From assembly GCA_041690135.1 (NCBI GenBank), contig JAWLHY010000005.1, positions 96,001 to 160,000 on the forward strand: DNA of 64,000 nucleotides, read 5' to 3'. Positions within the stretch are counted from its first letter, which is position 1. Every line of letters starts with the position of its first letter. This document shows, piece by piece, positions 47,078 through 55,940 of the stretch. Source of the DNA: Armatimonadota bacterium (GTDB lineage Bacteria > Armatimonadota > SYMT01). The translations under genes were made by a program, and so were the position numbers. Below the pieces are notes generated by a model. That model did not search any database, was not told the origin of the DNA, and worked only from the letters and a program-made list of their open reading frames with translations.

Positions 47078-47548
47078 TCAGCGGGTCGCCACGTAGTCGA
47101 TCTTGATGATCTTCCATCCCGCGGCGAGGCGGTCCCATCGCAGTGTCAGCAGGTGTGCCGGATACTTGGCTTCCACGGTGACGGCGCCTCCCTCCAGAAA
47201 AACGATGTGAGGGTCGGCGATTTTGGGGTCCGGCCGGGGCGCCAGGTTTTTCAAAGTGCGGTCCTTCGGTCCCCCGTAATCCGCCACCAGGAAAGACACC
47301 AATCTGCCGTTCTTACGGACGGGACGCATATCTCCGGATTCTGGACCCACGTACTTTTCCGCCGTTGCGCCATCCCCTTTGGCGGCGGCCGCGAGGAAGT
47401 CGCGGGTGCCGCTTTTCACAGGTTCAAGGTTCCAGGCCTGGAGACGCGTAAAGGAACTGACTTCATCGCCATAGAAGCCCAGGCCCGCTACGGCCCCACC
47501 GACGACGACCACCAGCAGGCCGGCAATGACGGCATCTTTTGTCTTCAC
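47078..47548 (-). CDS. Hypothetical membrane-anchored protein
   Basis: GTG start with SD GGAGG; one N-terminal TM; C-terminal GWKIIKI suggests an NTF2-like fold. Confidence 0.65.
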   Translation of the reverse strand: MKTKDAVIAGLLVVVVGGAVAGLGFYGDEVSSFTRLQAWNLEPVKSGTRDFLAAAAKGDGATAEKYVGPESGDMRPVRKNGRLVSFLVADYGGPKDRTLKNLAPRPDPKIADPHIVFLEGGAVTVEAKYPAHLLTLRWDRLAAGWKIIKIDYVATR

Positions 47549-47596
47549 GTTCAATCCTCCGGTGCTTTCTGGCAGAGTTAGTGGCTTCTTCCTCGA

Positions 47597-49294
47597 TTAC
47601 CTCTGCAGAATCTGGTGCTCTTTCCCGGCGGACAGGTTTTTCAACGTCTCTGCTTTCCCGCCGGGCCAGTGGACCCGGACGGTCTCGGCCTGGGATCGCC
47701 GGTCGAGACCGAAGGTGAGCGGCAATTCCCCCTGCGAGCAGTAACTGCCGCCGCTTCGCACCTCCTGGACCTGGGTCTTCCCCTCGGCGACGACCTCCAC
47801 CCGAGCACCAATGGCGGACCGGTTGGCGGTTCGGCCGACGAGGCGAAGGCGAAGCCAGTTCGCGCGCGGGAGTCCTTCGTTTCGCAAAAGGTCGGGAGTG
47901 GCCCGGCAGTTTGCGACCAGCACGTCCAGGTCGCCGTCTCCGTCGTAGTCGGCAACGGCCACACCTCGCCCGATGCGCGGCCGGGCGACGTCCTCTCCGG
48001 CGGCGGAATCCGGCGCGAAGCCTCCGGCTCCGTCCCCTCGCAGGAAGAGCGCCGGTTGTGCGAATGTAACTCCCGGGTAAAAATGCTCCGCGGCCTCCGT
48101 TACGTGTCCATTGGCCACGAAAAGATCGGGAGATCCGTCCAGGTCGATGTCCGGAAATCCGAGGCCGAATCCGACGTAGGGGCTGGTGGCTTCAACCAAT
48201 CCTGCGCGGGCACTGATGTCTTCGAAGTGACCGGTGCCCAGATTGCGGTACAGTGCCAGGTATTCGCCGCTGAAGTTGGTGCAAGCCAGGTCGAGGTGAC
48301 CGTCTCCATCCACGTCGGCTCCTGCTATCCCCATGCTGGCCTGCGGCCGGCCGCCTTCCCCCAGTGCCACTCCGCGCTCCAGCCCTTCCTCCCGGAATGT
48401 CCCGTTTCCCTGGTTGATGAATAGGAAGTTGGCCGTCATGTCGTTGGCCACAAAAAGGTCCGGGTCGCCATCCGCATCCACGTCCGACCAGAGGCAGCCG
48501 AGACCACGGCCGGGTGTCACCGAAAGTCCGGCTTGTCGGGTGACGTCCGTGAAAGTACCGTCGCCGTTGTTGCGGTAGAGGATGTCCGGGAGCGCGGGAT
48601 AAACGCTGGGCCGGCAATAGACGCGCACCTCCCGGGTCCCATCGTTTGCCGTGCAAGGGACATCCCGCTCCGGCGTCCACCGCACATACCGGCACACGTA
48701 CAGGTCCAGGAGCCCGTCGCCGTTGTAGTCGGCGAAGGCGGCAGCGGAGCTGAATCCTCCCGCCCCGACGCCCGCGGCATCGGTGACGTCGGTGAAGGTG
48801 CCGTTGCCGTTGTTTCGGTACAGCGTGTTGCGGTCGAGTTGGGTGACGTAGAGATCCAGGTCCCCGTCGTTGTCCCAATCTCCCGCGCAACAGCCAATTC
48901 CATAACGGGTGCTGCCTACTCCTGCCGCCGAGGTGATGTCGGTGAACTTTCCCTGGCCTTCGTTGCGGTAGAGGCGGTCCCGGATGGGCGTCCCCAGGGA
49001 GAGGCCGGGGAGCGGCGCCCCGTTGACCAGGAAAACGTCCGGGCGTCCGTCCCCCGTGAAGTCCGCAAAGGCGCAACCGGGTCCCATCACTTCGGGGAAG
49101 TACTTCTTGCCGGAGGATCCGTCCGTGTGCTCGAAGTCGATTCCGGCCTGCTCCGTGGTCCGCACGAAGCGTGCTGCTTTGGGAGCCGGATGGGGGCGCA
49201 TCGTCGCCGAGCTGCGGGCTTTGCCGGTGCAGCCGGACAGGAACGCCGCCAGCAGAATGCACACCCATCGGAATGGCGTGCCACCGTTTCTCAT
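47597..49294 (-). CDS. CRTAC1 family protein (FG-GAP + ASPIC/UnbV), lipoprotein
   Basis: LSG-C lipobox, AGIDFEH, multiple DxDxDGDxDL motifs, NRSAIGARV, GGSYCSQ, FGL. Confidence 0.92.
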   Translation of the reverse strand: MRNGGTPFRWVCILLAAFLSGCTGKARSSATMRPHPAPKAARFVRTTEQAGIDFEHTDGSSGKKYFPEVMGPGCAFADFTGDGRPDVFLVNGAPLPGLSLGTPIRDRLYRNEGQGKFTDITSAAGVGSTRYGIGCCAGDWDNDGDLDLYVTQLDRNTLYRNNGNGTFTDVTDAAGVGAGGFSSAAAFADYNGDGLLDLYVCRYVRWTPERDVPCTANDGTREVRVYCRPSVYPALPDILYRNNGDGTFTDVTRQAGLSVTPGRGLGCLWSDVDADGDPDLFVANDMTANFLFINQGNGTFREEGLERGVALGEGGRPQASMGIAGADVDGDGHLDLACTNFSGEYLALYRNLGTGHFEDISARAGLVEATSPYVGFGLGFPDIDLDGSPDLFVANGHVTEAAEHFYPGVTFAQPALFLRGDGAGGFAPDSAAGEDVARPRIGRGVAVADYDGDGDLDVLVANCRATPDLLRNEGLPRANWLRLRLVGRTANRSAIGARVEVVAEGKTQVQEVRSGGSYCSQGELPLTFGLDRRSQAETVRVHWPGGKAETLKNLSAGKEHQILQR

Positions 49295-50499
49295 CGAAGG
49301 GTCGATCCGCCCTTGGCGGGCCCAGTGCCGGAGGATGGGAGACGCGAGGCGACTGCCAACTCCTCTGCGGCCCGGCGCTCCTTTCCCTGGAGCAGGAAAA
49401 GCTGGGATCGCAATCGTCTGACCTCCGCGTTTGCAGGATCCGCCTGGACGGCGGCCTCCAGGGACCGCTCGGCAGCACCCGGAATCCGATGCTGCAGCGC
49501 GAGACGGACGACCTGCAGGTGGATCTCTACGTCGCCTGGGCGGGCGAGTGCTCGTGCTTGCAGTTCGGCGAGCTGCCGTTCGGCCTCCTGAAGCTCTTCG
49601 TAGAGTTTGAGATGGCGCGCCGCTTCGGCACGACGTCCCGAGCGCCCGGCAACCTGCGACAGGGTATAGCGGGCCTCCGCCAGCGAAGGCTGGAGCGCAA
49701 GCGCCTGTTCCAGCTCTTTCCTGGCCCCATCGAGATCGTTACGCCGCAGGTAGAGCTTGCCCAATGCGGCGTGAGCCTTGGCGGCTTCCGGATTGTTTCT
49801 TAGGGCGGCACGGAAGTGCTGGATGGCCATATGCTCGGCTTGGGGGTCGCGCGGCCGCCGCTGGTAGGCTTCGCCTAGCAGTGCGTGCATGCCGGGGTGG
49901 GCTGGCGCGAGCGTTAGTCCCTTCTCCAGAACCTTCACTGCCTCGTCGATCTGGTGCGTGGCCAGTAGCAGGAAACCGGCCTTCTGGTAACCCAGCACAA
50001 ACTCCGGCTGTAACTCGATGAGCCGTTGAAAGGCAGGGAGCGCCTCTTTCAGGTTGTCGTCCCGGAGGAACTGTTCGCCACGTACCGCGAGGGCGTGCGG
50101 GCATTCCGGGCTTCTCCGAAGGGCTTCATCCAGTGCCTGCAGCGCATCGGCCCGGCGGCGGGTCTCAACCAGCCCTTGCGCCAACTGGCAGTAGACATGA
50201 GGCCGGTTCGGCGAAAGAAATGCAGCCGATTGGAGCGCGGCCACCGCTTCATCGTAGCGGCCGGCTTGTAGATAGACCCCACCCAACTCCGCGTGATAGT
50301 CGCCATTCTCCGGCTCGAGGAGGATCGCTTGCTGGAGGGATTGGGCGGCAGCGTCGGTGGCTCCCGCCTCCGCAGCCTTCACGCCTGCCAGGTACCCTTC
50401 GCGACCGGGTCCGGGTTTGGGCGTCATGCTCCAGCGGAGAACGGCCGCACCTGCGACCAGTACCAGGACTACCAGGAGGATAGAAAGACGTCGCGGCAT
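49291..50499 (-). CDS. Tetratricopeptide repeat protein, N-terminal membrane anchor
   Basis: TM segment followed by many TPRs; 4-nt overlap with the CRTAC1 gene; SD AAGGAG. Confidence 0.85.
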   Translation of the reverse strand: MPRRLSILLVVLVLVAGAAVLRWSMTPKPGPGREGYLAGVKAAEAGATDAAAQSLQQAILLEPENGDYHAELGGVYLQAGRYDEAVAALQSAAFLSPNRPHVYCQLAQGLVETRRRADALQALDEALRRSPECPHALAVRGEQFLRDDNLKEALPAFQRLIELQPEFVLGYQKAGFLLLATHQIDEAVKVLEKGLTLAPAHPGMHALLGEAYQRRPRDPQAEHMAIQHFRAALRNNPEAAKAHAALGKLYLRRNDLDGARKELEQALALQPSLAEARYTLSQVAGRSGRRAEAARHLKLYEELQEAERQLAELQARALARPGDVEIHLQVVRLALQHRIPGAAERSLEAAVQADPANAEVRRLRSQLFLLQGKERRAAEELAVASRLPSSGTGPAKGGSTLR

Positions 50500-50664
50500 A
50501 GTCATTCTCCTTTCGCCGTTTGGTGGCGCCCCTCCCTTCTCCGCGACGGTTTCGCGAGAGCGGATGTTTACCCGATCCCCGTCTTCGGGCCATAATCGAT
50601 TCAATAGTCGTCTCGAACGGGCGCCCAGTTGGGAAAGGTGTCATAGGGAGTACGGAGGAAGTCG

Positions 50665-51198
50665 ATGCGATACTGGAGACCGGTTCCTGCGCTGGTTGCA
50701 GCGGGCCTTTTGATCGGACTAGGACCAGGCACCGGAGCGATTGCCGAGCCAGGTGCCGGCTACGGCATCCGACCGGCGGTGCAGGAGAACGGGAAATCGA
50801 CTCCGGACGCGGACGGCACGCGCCCGGCGAACGAAGCTGAGCGGAAGTCGGCAATTGCCTCGATTGAAGGCCAGCTTAAGGCGTTCCGTGAGGACGACTA
50901 TGAGAAGGCGACGAAGTACCAGTGCCTGGAGTTGCGGAAGGGCTTCAAATCGTCCGAAGAGTTCCGCCGGGCGATTAAGGTCGGCTATCCACAGTTCGCC
51001 AACTACAAAACCGTCATGTTTGGTGAGGCGATCTGCGACGAGAAGGGCGAGCGCCTTCACATCCGGATCACGCTCACCGGTCAGGATGGCGTGGTTGTGC
51101 GTGCGCTATATCTCATGATTAAGGAAGAGGGCGAGTACCGCGTGGGCGGCGTCTTCGGCGGAGCGAAATCCGCACCGGACCCGCGGAACATCACGTAA
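50665..51198 (+). CDS. DUF4864-like secreted protein
   Basis: I..QLKAFREDDYEKA..Y, F...EEF..AIKVGYP, A.Y.M..E.GEYRVGG. Confidence 0.75.
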   Translation: MRYWRPVPALVAAGLLIGLGPGTGAIAEPGAGYGIRPAVQENGKSTPDADGTRPANEAERKSAIASIEGQLKAFREDDYEKATKYQCLELRKGFKSSEEFRRAIKVGYPQFANYKTVMFGEAICDEKGERLHIRITLTGQDGVVVRALYLMIKEEGEYRVGGVFGGAKSAPDPRNIT

Positions 51199-51200
51199 GG

Positions 51201-51232
51201 GGTGTTTGGGAGGTCAGGTGGCCGGGTGTTAC
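51201..51232 (-). repeat. Degenerate third copy of the octamer array
   Basis: GGTGTTTG GGAGGTCA GGTGGCCG GGTGTTAC resembles the units at 29555-29595. Confidence 0.5.
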
Positions 51233-51378
51233 CTGGCGATCGCCTTTGTCAACCGGATGGAGGTGGCGCCGGGCGACGTTGTCCTCTATGATGGAAAAGG
51301 ATACCCGGCGCTTACTGGATCCTCTGATCACCCAGGTCACCTGACTTCGCCCCATCCCTCGGGGATGGGGATGCACGC

Positions 51379-53601
51379 ATGAGCGAATTCCTCCCAAGCG
51401 ACTTCGACGCCCCCCCACCTCGCACGCGCAAACCTGCCGGAGCGCCCCCGCCCAAGGCGGCAACCAGGAAGGATGCAGCGGTCCCGACATCCTCCCGAGT
51501 CGTGGAGGTTCCCCAGGGCGGCCTGGAAACACACATCCAGTTCGTTAAGGGGGTGGGTCCCCGGTACGCCACCCTGCTCGCCGAGAAGCTGGGAATTGCG
51601 ACGGTGGAGGACCTGCTCTTTCACTTTCCGCTCCGTTATGAGGATCGGCGCCAGTTCCGCCCTCTGGGCCAGATTCGGCATGGGGAAACGGTCGTCACCA
51701 GTGGGCAAGTGGTGGGGGCTTCGGTGGAGCGGAGCCCCAAACGGGGAATGAGCCTGGCCAAGGTCGTCATCCAGGACCGCTCCGGGCATGCCGAACTGGT
51801 CTTTTTCAACCAGCACTGGTTGCAGAACGTTTTCAACCGGATCAAGGGCCGGGACATTTCCGTTTACGGCACGGCGCAGCGGAACGGGCCGATCCTGAGT
51901 TTTCAGCATCCGGAGTGGGAGGAGTTGACGGGAGACGACGACTCCATCCACCTGCATCGGATCGTGCCGGTTCATCCCGCCACGGAAGGCCTCACCCCCA
52001 AGATCATCCGGGGAATGGTCTGGAACGCCCTGGAGAAGTACGGCCACCTCGTCCAGGAAGTCCTACCAAAGGGGGTGGTCGCGGAGAACCGTCTCGCCCC
52101 CCTCGAAGTCTCGCTGCGCCAGATCCACTTTCCCGAGAGCGAAAGCCGCCTGGAGTTGGCCCGCCGCCGGCTGGTCTTCGATGAGCTGTTCCGGCTGCAG
52201 GCCGCGCTGGCGTATCGCCGGCATTCCGTCGCGGAGATGATGCCCGGGATTGCGTTCCGCATCGAAGATTCCCAGATGGAAGAACTGCGCCGGAAGCTCC
52301 CCTTCCAACTCACCGCGGCCCAGGAACGGTGCGTGGAGGAAATCCGGCGAGACATGGCGTCCCCTCGCCCGATGAACCGCCTTCTGCAAGGAGACGTGGG
52401 CTCCGGCAAGACCGTGGTCGCCGCGGCCGCCATCCTCACGGCCGTCCGCAACGGCTATCAGGTCGCCCTGATGGTGCCCACGGAGATCCTGGCGGAGCAG
52501 CACTTCAACGTGATGAAGCGGCTGCTGGAGCCCCTCCACATCCGGATCCACCGGCTGGTGGGCAGCGTCCGCGCCAAGGGCAAGAAGCAGATCAAGGAAG
52601 AGTTGAAGACCGGCTTCGCGGAAGTGGTGGTTGGCACTCACGCACTGCTGGAGGAAGACGTCGAGTTCCACAAGCTGGGCCTGGTGATCGTCGACGAGCA
52701 ACACCGGTTCGGGGTCCTGCAGCGCATGACCCTGCTCGACAAGGCGGTCGACGGCCACCTGCCGGACATGCTGGTCATGACCGCCACGCCGATTCCCCGG
52801 ACCCTGGCGCTAACCGTCTACGGAGACCTTGACGTTTCCATCATCGACGAGTTGCCTCCGGGCCGGAAGCCGATCAAAACGCATTGGAAGCGGAAGAACC
52901 AGCGTGATGGGGTGTATAAAGGCATCCGGGCTCTCGTGCAGGATGGTCGTCAGGTCTACTTCGTCTGCCCGCTGGTGGAAACCAGCGACAAGCTACAGGC
53001 TAAGGCCGCCACGGAAATGCACGAGCACCTCCAGCACGAGGTCTTTCCCGACCTGCGAGTGGGGTTGATCCACGGTCAGATGCCCTCCCATGAAAAAGAT
53101 GAGGGTATGGAGCGGTTCCGCGCGGGGGAATACGACATCCTCGTGGCTACCGTGGTTATCGAAGTCGGCGTGGATGTCCCGAACGCCTCGTGCATGGTCA
53201 TCGAAGATGCGGAGCGGTTCGGCCTCGCCCAGTTGCACCAGCTCCGCGGACGGGTGGGTCGCGGAGAGCATCAATCTTTCTGCGTCCTGCTCGCCGACCC
53301 CCGCACCGAGGACGGAATCCAGCGTCTGGAGGTGATGACGCGAACGACGGACGGTTTCGTCATCGCGGAGGAGGACCTGAAGCTCCGCGGTCCCGGCGAG
53401 TTCCTGGGCACGAAGCAGAGCGGAATCTTGAAGCTGCGCATCGCCAACATCATCGGCGACTCCCTGATCCTGCGGGAAGCCCGAGAGGTCGCCTTCCGCC
53501 TGGTGGAAGGCGATCCGAAGTTACAGCTTCCGGAGCACGCTCCCCTCGCGGCCGATCTCAAGAAGCGCTACGCCGACCTACTTCTCGCCGTAGTGGGATA
53601 G
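51379..53601 (+). CDS. recG: ATP-dependent DNA helicase RecG
   Basis: KGVGP, PLRYEDR, MNRLLQGDVGSGKT, DEQHRFGV, MTATPIPRTL, IEVGVDVPNA, QLHQLRGRVGR, RGPGE. Confidence 0.97.
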   Translation: MSEFLPSDFDAPPPRTRKPAGAPPPKAATRKDAAVPTSSRVVEVPQGGLETHIQFVKGVGPRYATLLAEKLGIATVEDLLFHFPLRYEDRRQFRPLGQIRHGETVVTSGQVVGASVERSPKRGMSLAKVVIQDRSGHAELVFFNQHWLQNVFNRIKGRDISVYGTAQRNGPILSFQHPEWEELTGDDDSIHLHRIVPVHPATEGLTPKIIRGMVWNALEKYGHLVQEVLPKGVVAENRLAPLEVSLRQIHFPESESRLELARRRLVFDELFRLQAALAYRRHSVAEMMPGIAFRIEDSQMEELRRKLPFQLTAAQERCVEEIRRDMASPRPMNRLLQGDVGSGKTVVAAAAILTAVRNGYQVALMVPTEILAEQHFNVMKRLLEPLHIRIHRLVGSVRAKGKKQIKEELKTGFAEVVVGTHALLEEDVEFHKLGLVIVDEQHRFGVLQRMTLLDKAVDGHLPDMLVMTATPIPRTLALTVYGDLDVSIIDELPPGRKPIKTHWKRKNQRDGVYKGIRALVQDGRQVYFVCPLVETSDKLQAKAATEMHEHLQHEVFPDLRVGLIHGQMPSHEKDEGMERFRAGEYDILVATVVIEVGVDVPNASCMVIEDAERFGLAQLHQLRGRVGRGEHQSFCVLLADPRTEDGIQRLEVMTRTTDGFVIAEEDLKLRGPGEFLGTKQSGILKLRIANIIGDSLILREAREVAFRLVEGDPKLQLPEHAPLAADLKKRYADLLLAVVG

Positions 53602-53649
53602 CAGCGGCGCCGCGTTTGCGTGGCTAACACTTCGGGGTAAGCACCCGAA

Positions 53650-54054
53650 GTGGACGCAAAGCTAACAAACGGTGCCGGCGGTAAAAAGGGCTGGAAGCTG
53701 CTGCTGGTGGAAGACGAGCCGGATCTCCTCTGGACCCTGGCGGAGATCCTGGAACGGCACGGCTACACCGTCGTCTCCGCGCCCAAGGGCGAGGATGCCG
53801 TGGACATCGCCTCCCTCTACGAGCCGAACGTGGTCGTCTCGGACTTCAACCTGCCGGGCATCGATGGCGTGACCACCATCCACCTCGTTCGAGAAGAGTG
53901 TCCCAATACCCGCGCCATCCTCATGAGCGGACACATCAGCGGACAGACCCGCCGCCGTGCCGAGGAAGAGCACGTGGACTGCATCCTGGAGAAGCCCGTA
54001 CCCGTACCGGAGTTGTTGAGCCTGGTAGCTAACGGCCGCACCTCCGGCGACTGA
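53650..54054 (+). CDS. Single-domain response regulator (REC)
   Basis: LLVEDE, VVSDFNLPGIDG, LMSG, EKP. Confidence 0.88.
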   Translation: MDAKLTNGAGGKKGWKLLLVEDEPDLLWTLAEILERHGYTVVSAPKGEDAVDIASLYEPNVVVSDFNLPGIDGVTTIHLVREECPNTRAILMSGHISGQTRRRAEEEHVDCILEKPVPVPELLSLVANGRTSGD

Positions 54055-54076
54055 CTCGCGCGGACCCTGCCGTAAC

Positions 54077-55279
54077 CTATCCCGCTGCGGCGCGTCCTCC
54101 CCGTGCCGGGCGAATCTCCGCCGTACCGCTGAAGGTACCATCGGCACCCCGGACGAGAGCGGTTCCCGTGGAAAACCGGTGGAGGACACCCAGGGTGTAA
54201 AACACACAAGCCAGCGGGATGAGAAGCTCCTTGTACTCCGTGACATCCCACACGCGGACGAACCGGTGCCCAAAAGCCAGAAAAACCCCCTGGCTAAGGA
54301 CAAGAACCGCTAGCGCCGCGAAAAGCACCGTTCTACCGTCTTCCGGGTCGCGGGCTTCTCGAACGTAGTGGACCAGGATGAAGATGGTGGTGAAGAAGGC
54401 GACCTGGGTTAACAGGATGTTCCACATATCATAGTTGTAAGCCACGAAGAGGGCGCCGGTGGGGACGATGAACCGCGAAGGAGTCATGAGGTTCACCACC
54501 GGGTGGCGCGTGGGGAAGAGACCAGACTCGGCAAGGAACGGCGTGGCGATCAAGAAGACGAAGAACAGAAAATAATACCCGTTCTCCGCCAGACCGGTAT
54601 GAAAGTTATGCAGGTTGAGTTCCTTCTGCTTGTTCGCCGCGAACGCCTCCGGGATTGCGAACCCCAGATATCTTTGAAACCAGGAAACCTCCTCCATGCC
54701 GATGAGGAAGAAGAGCGACGCCAGTGCAAGCACCGGCCAGAGTGAGAGACCCCACCGCCCTTTGGGGCTTCGAAGGAGCTGATAGGCGAGGAGAGCGAAC
54801 AGGCCGCTGTTCAATAGATGCAGCATGGCGGAGAGCGTCTCCACCAGCCGGTCCTCCCTCCCCATCCGTGAGAAGAAAATCGGTCGTGCCAGGAACAAGA
54901 GGACCAACCCCGATCCGAGCAATACCATTGCCCAGACCACGAGCTGCCTCAGGCTCATTCGTGCATACTCCCGTTCTCGCTCTTCACTGGAGGTCCAGCG
55001 CAAACAGCCCCAGCGGTTCCAGACCTCTTTCCAGCGAGCAGGCGTGTAGAGGAGTTGCGCGCGGTGAGCCACCCCGGCTACGAACAGCCAGCTCGCCAGC
55101 GCCACCAGGAGGGTGCGCAGGAGATAGATGCTGCTGAAGTTGGGCCTGCCTTCCGCCAGGAATGGAGAGCGGAGGAGGGCAAGATCAATGCAGAACGCAC
55201 CGGCCATTACCAGGAATGCCAGGAGCATCATGGGCAATCTCTCGGAATGCTCTAACGGACGAGATTGAATGATCTGCAT
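54077..55279 (-). CDS. Hypothetical polytopic membrane protein (EE.SW.QR / N.Q.E.NLHN family)
   Basis: Multiple TMs; EDRLVETLS, EEVSWFQR, NKQKELNLHN, EYKEL. Confidence 0.65.
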   Translation of the reverse strand: MQIIQSRPLEHSERLPMMLLAFLVMAGAFCIDLALLRSPFLAEGRPNFSSIYLLRTLLVALASWLFVAGVAHRAQLLYTPARWKEVWNRWGCLRWTSSEEREREYARMSLRQLVVWAMVLLGSGLVLLFLARPIFFSRMGREDRLVETLSAMLHLLNSGLFALLAYQLLRSPKGRWGLSLWPVLALASLFFLIGMEEVSWFQRYLGFAIPEAFAANKQKELNLHNFHTGLAENGYYFLFFVFLIATPFLAESGLFPTRHPVVNLMTPSRFIVPTGALFVAYNYDMWNILLTQVAFFTTIFILVHYVREARDPEDGRTVLFAALAVLVLSQGVFLAFGHRFVRVWDVTEYKELLIPLACVFYTLGVLHRFSTGTALVRGADGTFSGTAEIRPARGGRAAAG

Positions 55280-55940
55280 GGTTCACGCGGTGGGTGGTTT
55301 CCCGATTTGGAAGAGCGGGACGTACTCGGAGTTACTGGCCGAAGCGGGTGTACAAAGAGTGCCTATGGTGGCTTCACCGGACAGAGTTGAGGATCAGAAA
55401 ACGCAGTGGCCGAGCGAAGGCGTGTCAGGTTCAGTAAGCGGTGAGATTTGTGGGGCCGAGAGATACTTCACGTCCGCCGGTGTAGACGCAGCGGGGTCGT
55501 TGTGGGGAAATACGGCGAACGGATGGCAAGTGACCTGGCGTGTGTCAGCATCGTTATCCTGGGGGTTGGCAGGCGGGCTGTCAGGTGGTTAGGCGCTGCA
55601 AATCTCATGCACCTCTTCTTCACCGGGGTCCGGAAACACAAACACGTTATCGGCGTCTTAACCGAATCTTAATTCTGACCGAACCGTGACACCTGTCTTA
55701 CCCGCCCGGTGCGGTGACGAACTTGCGATGCCGCCCGTGGGCTGGGCCAGTCCCACTTCGCCCCTCCCCTGCTCGCGAGTCGTGGCATGCCGATCCGTTG
55801 CGCATGCGCAGTCTCCCGCTGCGGAACAGTGTAGCCGCAGTGCCAGCCCAAGGGATTGAAGGGTTCCGCTGCGAAACATCCCTTGCGAGTTCGGTGTCCC
55901 AGGTATCCTGAGAAGATTTGTCCCGGAGCAGGAAGGCGTA

